Assembly: GCA_965644295.1 (NCBI GenBank)
Contig: CBFFRP010000338.1
Span: 1-64,000 of the forward strand
DNA length: 64,000 bases
Direction: 5' to 3'
From: Paraphysomonas bandaiensis
Taxonomy: Eukaryota; Protista; Chrysophyceae
Shown here piece by piece: positions 51,601-64,000 of the stretch (position 1 is the first letter of the stretch; the number at the start of each line of letters is the position of its first letter). Below the pieces are notes generated by a model. It ran no database searches, was not told the DNA's origin, and worked only from the letters and a program-made list of their open reading frames with translations. The position numbers were made by a program, and so were the translations under genes.

Positions 51601-53700
51601 GAGATGCAGTGTACACCGACCATAGAGGAAATATCCATGAGTCAATAAAGCTGTCAGAAAATATATATAGCATTTGAAAGTGATAATCATTTCCGACAGT
51701 AACTTCACCTCCGAATGGTAACCGTGATAGCACACATGCAATAGCAGGCACACTTAGCGCCATGGAACACAAGCACGAAGAAATCCACAAAGGCGAAGTT
51801 GCAGTTGAGTCAGGGTCGGGGCTAGCCATGTGCACGACCATCTGGCGCTCCTCCACTAGCACCACGACCACGAAATTTGATTTGAGTCGAGGGTACACAA
51901 CAGTACTAACAGAGTCATTGTCGTATTCAACAATGAACGAATCAATGAAGCCCTTCCCACTGCACTCAAAGGATTGCAGAAATTGGAATTGATGCTTGTA
52001 TGCAGAGTTATCGTTGCTATCGCGATACAGACTAGGCTTACCACACCGAAAGAGATATACTGCACACAAGAGTTCGGACGATTACATAAGTACTCATTAA
52101 CGCCTACCTTTACGGCTACTGCAAATTAGGATATAATCATCGTACAAACGGGCACTCTGAATCGAGTTAGATGACAATTCTGGTATTGGCTGTCTACAAG
52201 TGAAGAAAAAGTGAAATTACATAGCTGAACCGCACCTTGGAAGAAATCAGATCGAGCTTGTCACCAGTCACTTGCCAGAATTTAAGAACATTATCTGTGG
52301 CAGTGGTAACAGAGCCTCGAATACAGCCTGACACTATGCAACCAAAGGAACTGTTAAGGCAGCAACTCCAAGCAAATATATAATCAAACTCAAATCTAGA
52401 ATACAACGCAAGATGCACGCCTCTCACAGAGTCACACTCAAGCGTTATAATCCTGTTACTGTAGCAGAATTAATAGATGTGGATGTTCTTAAATACACAA
52501 ATATACCTAGCCTGGACGCCATTGACATCCACTACAGTCCCACACTTCAATGCCAGCGAATACTTCTCATCGCCATTGACTGAGAAAATATTCATTACCC
52601 CTACGCGAGTCGTCACTTCAAAATAAGGAGGATAAGGTATACCATAATACATGGATAAGATACACTCAGTTCCAAGATAAAGTTATCGCAAGAATCGTCA
52701 ATAATAAGAGGCGAAATGGCGGACAGTCCAGGCCGAACAAGAAGCCTGGACAATTCTGGTATCAGTGAGGACATGGTATTCAGAGGTTGTAGAGAGCAAT
52801 AATATACGATAGCTGCATCATAAGGTGGTTTTAGTCGCAGAAGTTACTGTACTGTACATGCGTGAGAAGGAATTACTTAAAGTTGTCGGAATTGTGAGTA
52901 CCAGCACTGAGCACTGGAGTGGGTGCAGGAATCCCAATTTTCACATAAAACATAATTTTTTTAAGCAGCCAAAACTCGATTTTTTTTATTCAATTGGAAA
53001 AATCCACAAGGGCGTGTCATAGTTGACACTTTTTAGCCGACACTCTGTACAGCCAGTTTAAGCCTCACCCTTTCTCTGTATGGTTACAAACTCAACTAAC
53101 TTCACTGCTGTGAAGCCAGATGCTCAAACTGGAGTGCGAGTACCCAACAACCTTAATATATCTGCGTCTACAATGAGCTTGGTCTAATGAAATTTTCTGA
53201 TATCTGAAAATTGGGATCCCTCCAGAGGGTCATCATACTGGGAGGGCTGCCAAACAATCTGCGAATGTACTCATCCTCGGCACCACTCAAGAACCCACCG
53301 AACATGTCCTACTCACGCTGTTTGATTTGGGAGACGACCGGGTTTTACTACTCCAACGACATAATTTTGCTGCAACTCCACAAGATCAACAACTACACGA
53401 AGTTCGTAACTCTACAATTACAAAATGCTGCCAAAGACACCTTTATGTGATTACAGTATTTTGCAAAATTCTACATCGATATATTCCCCTATACTGAATC
53501 CTGTTATGCTGAAGCATTCCAGTTCTGATGTAATCTTGTTCACGATCACTGGAAGAAACACACCATACCATCCAAATCTTCGCGTCTTCATATTTACACT
53601 ACCGACTTTCTTGCTGATTTATTTTCCAAGTCTGTTACTATTAAATTATTAACGAATCTGCAAGTAAAATGATGGGGTGAGCTGTGGGCTGATATCCCAT
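48690..53700 (-). CDS. Large uncharacterised protein (>1200 aa) with a WD40-like N-terminus and a helical C-terminus; 5' end approximate
   Basis: 981-aa ORF, plus upstream exons (VTTATDNVLKFWQV) and a downstream exon (48690-49028) joinable by short GT-AG introns. Confidence 0.75.
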
Positions 53701-53987
53701 CAGTCACCAAGAACTTCGGACCAGACCTTCAAATTATGTTCTGATACTCTACATTATATTCGTCCTTATTGGATCACCTATCCACCATTGAGATCACGTT
53801 TTTTTTAACCTGATGATGATATCTACCTGCGTGGCATCCTTGAAGTTCGCATTCTGGTGACTGCATTACTTAAAAGTGCGAATTTAACTTCGGATTGTAG
53901 ATTATTTTGGTGTGTGTGTATATATTCATAATATAAATCCTATCATTGCTTATTTATACGATGGATACGTTACTATCATATAATTTC

Positions 53988-55426
53988 GGGATCTATTTTT
54001 CAACCTACTAGTCAAATTGGTTGAATTTCCTAGGCACACCGAAATGTAGTCAAAACGTAGTCAAAATGTAGAAAAACCTAGTCACTAAATAATTAGATTT
54101 TTAACATTACAATGACTAGGTAGAAGTGGGTATTCACCTAGTCAAACAGGAGAGCATAATGTAGCCATAAATTCAAAAATTTAAATGCTATATGCCTCAC
54201 ACTTGGGCTGTTTCTGATGACCAAGTCCGGTGTAGCTCCACAGCAATCTTCAGATGAGCCAGGATGTGATAAGGAACATCAGAAAACCGACACTGCCAGC
54301 GAAGAATACTTTATATCTGTGGTTTGTTACCACGCGGTAATCCACGCACATACCATTCAGGAACTGCGCGTGCCGTACGTACGTGTTCTCCAGTCCCCTG
54401 GCATAAGGGCCATGACATCTACGGATTCATCGTTGATAAGTGCCCTAGCTGAATTGCGAAGCCGGCCGCCTTTCCTTGCAGGCCTGATAGTGCTCGCCAT
54501 GTGCTTTACATCAATGTCTCCTAAGGAGAAATTAAGATGTTTAAGGAGATATAAATGACACACACATACCTCGCAAGTGATGTACGGCGGCTAGGGAGTG
54601 GGAGCAGTAACGACCATTGTCCCAAAACCGCGGGCAGCTGCAAATGAGAGAGGTATAGGTCCTACGATTTATTTTGTAAGGAACTTCTCGAACAACAAAC
54701 ATACTGAGGAATCTGTCATATATAGAGTGATTAATACCTAGTAAACGAAGTACAATATATATTTCACCTCTCCCTACATTCCTCCACTTGATACGTATCG
54801 TTTCCTTTAACGCAATGGAACATATCTATGAATAACTTGTTCATTCGATTCTCACCTGTGTGTTCAATGAACAGGTTTTTCTTTGAGTTAACATACAGTC
54901 AGAATGTTCCAGCTTTGATGCATCAAGCAAACTGCGAATCCTTTCAAGATGCGATTTGGTTTCCAAACTAGTCGTTTTCAGTATGTAGATTGATGTTAAG
55001 AGGTTGTAGCGTGTTGTTGTCATACTTGTGCCTTATAATTCATAGTTAAATAAGTGATGCTGATAGATGATAGACCCCCAGAGAGTAAGATTTCATCGAT
55101 GTTTTCAAAGGTAACTGAAGGACATGCATGAAGTTTGTGTTGAGAGAAAGAATGGTACCAGTCTACTTCAGCATTGGAGAGATCTATAGAGTCCTGCCTA
55201 TGCTGCTATATACAGCTCTTTAGCAACGTTTTGACCTTATGTATGTTGCATTGGTTCTACTTCACCTGCTATGACCTCATGCTTCTGTAATTGTAACACC
55301 CTCCTATTAGTGTTTAATACTATAATTGGCTAGGTTGAGTCATTTATTGCTTTGACTAGTTTTTTACACTGAAAATAGTATGACTACGAAATTCAACCAA
55401 TTTGACTAGGTTGAATAATATTTCCC
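53988..55426 (-). mobile_element. MULE copy 3, both ends intact, internally deleted
   Basis: GGGATCTATTTTTCAACC...GGTTGAATAATATTTCCC. Highly similar to 33301-36195. Carries the SWIM and AT-hook relic. Confidence 0.88.
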
Positions 55427-55872
55427 TAATATATCTCTATAATTTCACCCCGTGAATTGATGTATATGTTTCCTTATTGATTATTGAAGGTATGTGTGTC
55501 TATTCAAACAGCCACGTTTCTAAGTTTCTAGCCATTTGTTGCGTTACGTTTGACGATGGCGAATGGGATCTAGTTATTATCTTCACGTTGTGGCGATATC
55601 TATACGTAGTAAACAGATCAGTCTCTTCTAACTGCCTTAAACTAGCATTTTTTTCTTATTTGAAAGCATTCTTTTTACCGTACTCAGTATGGTTAGCACA
55701 TCAATTTCTAACCTCTGAACTTCTCAGTTACTATCTATTCTATGTCAGCCCTGGTAGATATACACTACATAGATGGTCTCTGAGGTGTGCCCCCATATCA
55801 GCAATAGTTTCGACCGATAGACAGCAAATGGTGGAACACGAATATTAATGTAGCACTATATTATAAATACAA

Positions 55873-56366
55873 TTAAACTGAATTGTTGGCAATTCTTTCG
55901 GCTGATTTTAATTGGGCTTCGGCTTTAGGGTTTACCCACTCTCCGTGTTTTTCGAACCATTCATTTGCTTCACTTACGATATTATCTACGTCTTCATTCT
56001 TCCCTTTGAAATGACGGTAGTCCGGCACCTCGACAAGTTTCCATTGATGTTTTCGGGCAGAATGGATTCTTTGGTCGTGAGATTGTGGACGTCCTCTCCA
56101 AACTAATCGTCCCCAGGCTTTGCCATGATCCTGGTCCTTTGAGAGCACCACCCTACAATACATTATTCGCAAATACGTAATTTATGTGTGCACTGACCTA
56201 CGTAGAATCCAATATGTTTCAGGAAAATGGTAAATATCTCGCGTCACTTTACATCCCATACCATAGTATCGCATCCCGTTAACAACCTGCACGTGTGCAT
56301 CATCCACATTCGGCTTCACCATTGCAGGCACCAACCCACCTTAAATAAATTAGTAAGCTCTGGCAT
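55873..56366 (-). CDS. MRPS34: Mitochondrial ribosomal protein mS34; 3 exons
   Basis: Spliced MPELTNLFKVVNGMRYYGMGCKVTRDIYHFPETYWILRRVVLSKDQDHGKAWGRLVWRG matches the mS34 signature (NLF..G.G..V.R..YW..HGKAWG.L.W.G). Confidence 0.8.
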
Positions 56367-57049
56367 GCCGAAAATAAAAAATATTTAAGTCTCGAGGTAC
56401 AAATAAAGTAGATATGTAATTAGATGCAATGTAGAAGATGCTGCATGAATATATATGGAGTTCTAGAGTTCAATGAGACCCAGGACTAATCGGAGCAGTC
56501 CAGTATAAAATATACGTGTATGAAGCATTTCAGCCAAGAGTGATAAAACCTTGCGTTTTGACATGGAAAAGCGATATACTGTACAGCAGTACATGAACGA
56601 CGTGTATCACCTCTCACAAAAGACTGAAAACCCCCAATTTTTGGTAGTTGTGTTTATGATGTCATACGTTGTGTTCTTTGCTTGAACAACTGGAACGGCA
56701 GTGCAATGGGGTGCAGTTGGCTTAGCCAGTCAACAATACCCAGTCCTGCGTCACCTGACACATCAGTGTGATAGATTATTTGGAGACACCCAGTTGGGTT
56801 GTAGGATGAGTTAGGCGACTTCGCTATTTACTATCTAGCACCAGATAGCTAGAATTTGTTGCTAATTATTAGTATGAATCAACTCATGTTTGCGGTAGTC
56901 TTTTTGTAGAGGATTCGTACTCATTTCTTCTTATCATTCGTTTGTGGAGCAAGTTTGGAACGTAGTTGTATATAGTAGATAATCACTATCTGTGGCTCTA
57001 TTAGTGGCAAACTTACACGTATACATTGTGTGTTAAGTTTTATTTTGAA

Positions 57050-60000
57050 ATGTCTCGTGGTGCTCAAGCCCCAAATAAGACATCGAAAACAGGAAATGTA
57101 CCGAAATCTCCGATGGAAGTTGAGTTGAATCACATCAAGTTCGATGAGTTGCTCGGGCATGACCTTACTGCTGATCAGGTTGGGATAATGAAGTTATATC
57201 TGAAAGAACATGCCACTAAAGTCAGCCTGAATCCTCTGCTAAAGCCGCGACTGCATTGGGATTTTTTTCTTAGTGCGCTTCTTTTCTTTAATAGTATTGC
57301 TGTGCCTTTGTCTGTGGCGTATGCTATTGGCGAGACTGCTGAGGAACCGTTGTTCTGGGTCAACAGAATTGTGGACTTATTTTTTATTGGTACATATTGT
57401 ATTCATCGCATATTTTTACTAATCTCTGTGTAGCTGATGTATTTATTAACTTTGAAACTGGCATATACGCTGGAGAGCAGATTATAATGAGCCGGTATGT
57501 AGCCATGGGAAGCACGATGTATTGACGTTTTTACACATCAGTGGCACTGTTTTTTCTTCTTACATCAAATCATGGTTCGTTCCTGATCTTGTTACCGCTG
57601 TTCCAATCGATGTAAGCCTCGATTTTGTGTTCTGATCTGATTAGTTGGTTACTTATTTTGCATAGCTCATCCTCTTCTGGGCACTTGCTGGAGGACAGCA
57701 GAATGCGGATAATGTGTATGCAAGTGGCACTGGCGTTGTGATTCACGGAACACTCACAGTTGTTCGGTTGATGAAGTTGGTACGCCTACTGCGACTAGTG
57801 AAAACTGTGACGCTATTGACTGTACTCGAGAAAGCGTTGGTATTCCGTTATGAGGATATGGCTATGGTCAAGTTTGCGTTATTCGTATTCTTCTGTCTGC
57901 ACTGGTCTGCATGTATATTCTCGTGGTTGGACGAGAACTTGTGTGAAAATTCGGAAGACCATTCTGTATTTTATGATACCGGGATATCTGATTCTCCTAT
58001 TAGCACTAAATATCTGGCCTCACTCTATTGGGCCCTAGCAACTATGACCACAATTGGATACGGTGGGTTGTAGTTTGCCTTTACTGATTTTATACTTGTC
58101 ATCTTATTCATGAGGACAGGGGATGTTAGCGCTAGATGTTCTTCGACTCGCACTTTCTCCCTCATTGTCATGCTGGTTGCCAGGTGTGATCAGTGTGTGT
58201 CTCTGAATACTGTTCTGAACTGTACTAACAGCGCGGTCTACGCTTATGGCCTTTCTTATGTTATGGATGTTATTCGTAAAAACAGAAAGCACAAATCAGA
58301 GTTTAGGTGTGTACTATGAGTCTATTTGTCACTTATAATATGTGTCGCTTACATACAGAGAATTGATGGATATGGCCAACAAGTATATGGATTTCAGGCA
58401 GTAAGTAGACACTCACATCCATCTCGCTGTTTCGTGATGTTTTGCGCAGAATTCCTGGTGACCTCAGAGAGGAAATGCGGAAGTTCTTTAATTTCATGTC
58501 AGAGAGCGAGGCTCGGCGAAATGAGCTGTTAACAGAACGCGTCATCCTCAACGAGCTCTCACCAGAACTCAGGTTTGCGGTGAGTAAACACAGGGAAGTG
58601 TGCATGTTGAATGATACGTATATGTGCAGGTCCTGAGGCACGTCAATAGTGGTCTGCTGGACAAAGTTCCGATATTCCGGGAAATTCAGGAGGCTATATC
58701 TGAATTTACTATTCTACAGACCGCAGTGATGCATATGCAATACCAGGTGTTCAGGTGTGTATTCGTGTACCTTCATAATGCATGTGTATATTAGTCGCTA
58801 CTCTTTCATCAAGTATTCCTTGTGGTGCAGGCCACAAGAAATTGTAATTAGAGAGGGAGGGCTCAGTGATGAAATATTTTTTATAACGAAAGGAGCTTGT
58901 ATACTGGTCAAATGGTATGTGTCGTATATGACTACTTCAGAATTGTTCTTACTTGATGTGGGCGACCAGGGGGCGTATTACAGTTAACGTTCTCACTGAG
59001 GGGTCGTACTATGGAGAGAGCGGGTTTCTAGCGAACTCCAATGCGAAAACTTCGGTCGCACGGTTCAGTTTGCCGATGCATGAGTCGCATTTGAGTATGC
59101 GCAGTGCCCTGATGACGGGCGACACCAACAATGTATCCGAAGCTAATCTTTCCACAAACTCTGGTCCCGGGGGTGGGGGATCTGGGTATGGTACGACTGC
59201 CACGAACAGCCCTTCTCCACCAGAGGGGCATATGCAGAGCTACTCCTTTGTGACGCAATCCTATGCCGACCTCAGGTATCTCACACGAGCGGTATGTTGA
59301 TACGAGTCGCTACCTAATTTGATATTAATACTGCCACAGACTTTCAATGATATTATCAACTCTCTACCGCGGCTGAAGTTAGAGAAGATAATCCGCATAA
59401 TGGCAAAGCGATACGATGCCCTTGTGAAACAGGAAAAAAGGGAGGAGGATGAGCTCGTAAAGATGTACCCCAATGCTTATGAGGTACGATGCAGTGGAGG
59501 TATATACGCCTGACATTTCTTGATACAGGAGTATATGTTCAAAGAGGACGATTCAGATGACTGTGAAGTCGACTGGAGAGACCAGGTTTGACATACGCTT
59601 AATCTCTTGCCGTAACATTGTATCGCAGGAGGTAGATACACTTGACGACGAACTTGACGAGGATATTTGTTGGGGCGCAGTTGGCACCACCGGTGGAGGA
59701 CTTCTACGGCGTGTGCTCTCCAGAAAGCTGTCCAATGCCAGTGTACCCTCATCAGGACCAGCGCACACTCCGCTACGACCAGTCGGAAGCCCAAGGAAAA
59801 TGTCTGCTCCCACACTGTCCAATACCCCCCCTGTACCGAGGCCCAGGCGGGTATCATATCAACCTGGAACCAAAGGTCAACTTGCAGCTCCTGCTCATGG
59901 AAACCGCAAAAATAGCCTGTGCAAGCTTCAAGAGCAGGGCTTTGTACATGCCCCCTCCCCGACTCCTGTTATATACCACAAGATTGTTCCGTCTAACAAT

Positions 60001-60679
60001 CATGCGGCTTATATATTGCGGCAACGGTCTGTTGAGCCCTTGGAAGGGGACGATATGCCACGCCCTAGTAGAAGATCTGAAAAGCTGATCAACACACCTG
60101 GAAGGAGGAGATACAGGAACACCCGAAGTCATGTGTTTTCATCTGACGAATCTGCAACTCCTCCCATACCGGTCGGATTGTTTTCTCCTGAAGATGATGA
60201 CGGGAGTGCCCTCGTTCAAGAAATCGACGGGCTAATGAGCCAACTGGGAAATATTAAACGACGCTTATCTCTTGTAGATGATCACATGCAACATATCCCA
60301 GACTCAAACCTTTCAGCTAGCCCCGATACGATAGTGCAACGTCGGTTCTCCGCTGTCAACGAGGAAGGTTTGTGAGTGCGCTCTGGTGTGTACTATGTAA
60401 TCTGTATTCACAGGGGAGTCGGAGACAGATACGGGGGATTGTATCCTAAGTTTACCACCACGAGATATATCTCCTAATACGAGGGCTGAGAATAATTATA
60501 CCGATGGGAAATCGGTGCCAAGTAGTGATATGCTCGGCGCTCATGGCAGTGTTGACGCTGGGTCAAAATTTGAGTCGGGAGAATATGAATCAGATTGTTC
60601 CTCTGAGAAGTCAACACAAGCCACGCGTATGCCTCCGCATTCTTCATCTCCTGTCATGATGCGCGGAAATGGTTCTTAA
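57050..60679 (+). CDS. Voltage-gated K+ channel of the CNBD (EAG/HCN/plant Shaker-like) superfamily, ~14 introns
   Basis: S1 WDFFLSALLFF; S4 VRLMKLVRLLRLVK; pore YWALATMTTIGYGD (across an intron); C-linker ILNELSPELR; CNBD EIVIREG..EIFFITKG..GSYYGE. Last exon ends at TAA 60679. Confidence 0.93.
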
Positions 60680-61956
60680 TTACCTGTGAGATTTTGCATG
60701 GTGAGCAAGTAGTGTGGAATGCTGGTGGCAACTTTTGACGTTTTTAGATTTCCTATGCTTAGCGTATATATTGATGTATAAGTGCAGTGTTTTATAGTGT
60801 ACGAATGATGCTGGCAAGTAACGTGGATGGGCGATATAATATAATTCCTGTCACCTCATAGAGGCGAATACGTTGTATCGGTAGCTTTACAGTGTTAATG
60901 CTTCCTATAAATGAATAGTATATATCGCGGCAGTATGGTTGTATTTCTCTCTCACGCGTGTCAAAATGTATCCTACTATACCACTGAGTTTTTCTTGATA
61001 TTAAAGTTGTAGTGGCAGTTGCCTTGATCAAAAGTATATTTTACTGCTATTCTCAAAATGACACCTTAGTATTATCCCCATTTTGTCTCAAAGAAAGCTT
61101 TTTTGACCTAATTTTGGCTCAACAGAGCGCTCATATTAGTACCGGGCAATTATAGACATTCAGCTTCAATATTCGGTGCAATAGAAGCTCACTTCTATCT
61201 TAATTATGATATCGACAGTCATTTGTATGTGATTTCATTATATTTTACATTTGTAGGGAAACCACAGTGATGAGCCACTACCCAAAACTGATCATCAAAC
61301 ACTCCAAGTTATATTCCATCCTTCGACTGCTGTAGAAGCTCAAAATGATGTCAGTGCAAGCGATCTACTTTCATGACCAGGACTTCGAAACAACTTCAAG
61401 AATATTTCAGGAGAGTTTAAGTGCCATATCCTATGCTAAGTCGAGGTAATACCAAAACCTGGTAAAGCAATTTCACCAGGTTTCATATATAAGTATTGAG
61501 TTATTATTTTACTGTAATTTGTATCTGAGAGGTTAAAGATAAAGAAAAAGTCGCAAGTATAGTTGTTATTAGCAGTATTTATTGCGTTAAAAGTTGGCCC
61601 TGCTATTATTACTTGTGTTTTGTAATATCATATTCTCATATAGCTACATCTGCTTCGCTTGAGACTGTATAGGTGGTTAAGGGCAGTGGCACCCAGTTCT
61701 TTCAGGGTTCGGGTTACATATAGTGCTAATTAGAGGATATTATGTTCCTCATGTCATACACACATCATTCTTCCAGGTGCACTAACAGAGGTTAAGCGTA
61801 TTGTATATATAAATCTGATGATTAATAAGACGCCTTTCATGCGACTACAACTGTTCACATTCATCATCACACTTATTTACGAATTTCAACACCACGCAGT
61901 TGCTATTCCTCAGTATCTTTCTATGGCAGTGCACTTGTTGTGTAGCTATTACATAT

Positions 61957-64000
61957 GGGAAATATTATTCAACCTAGTCAAATTGGTTGAATTACCTAGT
62001 CACGCTATTTTTGGTGGAATAACCTAGTCAAAGTAATAAATGACTCAACCTAGTCAACTTTGGTATTCAACCTAGTCGTTCTTATATCCATTGATTACAC
62101 ACTGTGACTGTCTAAGATACCATCTCACACCACACAATATATTAGTGGCTTACAGAGCATCACAACAAACACTCAAACATAACAATAAGCTCATGTATAC
62201 ATATCTACATAACACAGATGTACGTGTATGTCTATCTAGCCTATCTGTAGCATGTATGCATATAGCGATGGGTCCCTGTGAGTGTTATGGGGAGGAGGGT
62301 CCATGAAGCTGTGGGCATAACTCACTCTATGATCCGCAGGACATCTTGAGATCTTCATATGCTGGGAGTGATGGCGCTCATCTTCCTTCACTTCAGCACT
62401 GAATGAATGACTTCGATTGCTGCATTGGCTTTCAGGGGTGCATAAATCTCCCTATTTTTAGTCCAACGGAAAAAAAAGGAGGTTTTCAGGGAACAAAATT
62501 CTAAAAGCAGCATCATTGAAGTGGACTGTAGAGCAGCATCAGAACATCAGCATCATGAGTGTGTCATCAGTCTTACAGCATCATGAGTGTGTCATCAGTC
62601 TTACAGTATCATGAGTGTGTCATCAGTCTTACAGCATCATGAGTGTGTCATCAGTCTTACAGCATCATGAGTGTGTCATCAGTCTTACAGCATCATGAGT
62701 GTGTCATCAGTCTTACAGCATCATGAGTGTGTCATCAGAACATCAGCATCATGAGTGTGTCATCAGTCTTACAGCATCATGAGTGTGTCATCAGTCTTAC
62801 AGTATCATGAGTGTGTCATCAGTCTTACAGCATCATGAGTGTGTCATCAGTCTTACAGCATCATGAGTGTGTCATTTGTCTTACAGTATCATGAGTGTGT
62901 CATCAGTCTTACAGCATCATGAGTGTGTCATTTGTCTTACAGTATCATGAGTGTGTCATCAGTCTTACAGCATCATGAGTGTGTCATCAGAACATCAGCA
63001 TCATGAGTGTGTCATCAGTCTTACAGCATCATGAGTGTGTCATCAGTCTTACAGCATCATGAGTGTGTCATCAGTCTTACAGTATCATGAGTGTGTCATC
63101 AGTCTTACAGCATCATGAGTGTGTCATCAGTCTTACAGCATCATGAGTGTGTCATCAGAACATCAGCATCATGAGTGCGTCATCAGTCTTACAGTATCAT
63201 CATGAGTGTGTCATCAGTCTTACAGTATCATCATGGTCATGTGCATCGAGACTGCCTCCCTGGCGCATGCGCAATTGTAGACCCCGGTCCTCAAAACTGT
63301 AAGCGCATGGATGTTATAGTCCAGGGTAGAAATGAGGTTCATTGGTAAGTATAACGACTCATGGATTATTCATCATTAACAGCGGATAAATTTTTATAGG
63401 TACGTGAACTCAAAGAGGAACTTGTTCATTATTGAACATACGAGGGAGAACAGAATGTGCAAATCTTATATAGATATGTTTCATTCCGTCAAAAGGAAAG
63501 ATCGACTTGCAGTACATCACTTGAGAGGTATGGGTAGTACATTTCTTTCTTAATTATATTTCTTAATATTGCCACCAGGGGACATTGATGTGAAGCACAT
63601 GTCCAGCTCGATCAGGCCTGCTAGGAAACGCGGCCGGCCTCGCAATGCAGCAAAAGCTTTAATCAATGATGAATCCATTGATGTCATGGCCCTCAAGCCA
63701 GGGAACTGGAAGAATACGTACGTTCGCCACCCCCAGTACCTGAATGGTATGTGCGTAGATTACCGCGTAGTGCCAAATCACAAGAATGAAAAACTCCTTC
63801 GATGGCAGTGTCGGTTCTCGGATGCCCTGATGACATACTTCCACACCCTAAGATTGTTGGGTTCGATGTCCATGAAATGAAGGAGGCTGTCGAACTTCAC
63901 CGGACTTGGTCACGAGAAACTGCGCATTTCTCGTTCGATTGCGAAGACGAAATGTGATGCATTGCATGTGTACAATAGATGCATTTGCATTAATTGATGG
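61957..64000 (+). mobile_element. MULE copy 4 (diverged subfamily), runs off the window end
   Basis: End GGGAAATATTATTCAACCTAGTCAAATTGGTTGAATT is the reverse complement of 55390-55426. Spliced LAVHHLRGDIDVKHM..RKRGRPR (AT-hook). Confidence 0.85.
62537..63235. repeat. 28-bp minisatellite CATCATGAGTGTGTCATCAGTCTTACAG (~24 units) inside MULE copy 4
   Basis: Read directly. Recurrent variants ..AGAACATCAG, ..ACAGTATC and ..CATTTGTC. Confidence 0.97.

Noticed and set aside
62551-63235. CTGATGA (box C or hammerhead-like) on the - strand of the 28-mer; guide-array idea
   Set aside because: Units have no variable spacers, no GAAA and no associated effector gene.

Overview
Eukaryotic nuclear DNA with the standard code and mostly very short (~43-57 nt) GT-AG introns. 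Gene and transposon content suggests a stramenopile-like protist (inference). About 12 host genes sit mostly in head-to-head pairs: PABPN1 / C2-WW protein; coiled-coil protein / WD40-like protein; acidic protein / Lys-rich protein; CCDC112 / TKL pseudokinase; MRPS34 / CNBD K+ channel. A SMYD-like SET gene and a large unknown propeller-solenoid gene are unpaired. The pairs are separated by islands of nested transposons: one apparently intact autonomous hAT (580-aa transposase), four internally deleted Mutator (MULE) copies, Crypton-like tyrosine-recombinase relics, APE-type LINE fragments, a SINE-like family sharing the LINE 3' tail, and four tandem repeats. The most unexplained feature is the 233-bp array at the window start. 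It holds 9 copies of a ~70-100 nt hairpin, and its two subunit types differ almost only by compensatory or G-U-compatible changes, which suggests an array of structured RNAs. Also notable are a LINE insertion with a ~368-bp target-site duplication, a covarying GNRA/AC-bulge stem-loop shared by LINEs and the SINE-like family, a pseudokinase, a degenerate CNBD and a frameshift in PABPN1. All calls were made by eye; no searches or folding programs were run.
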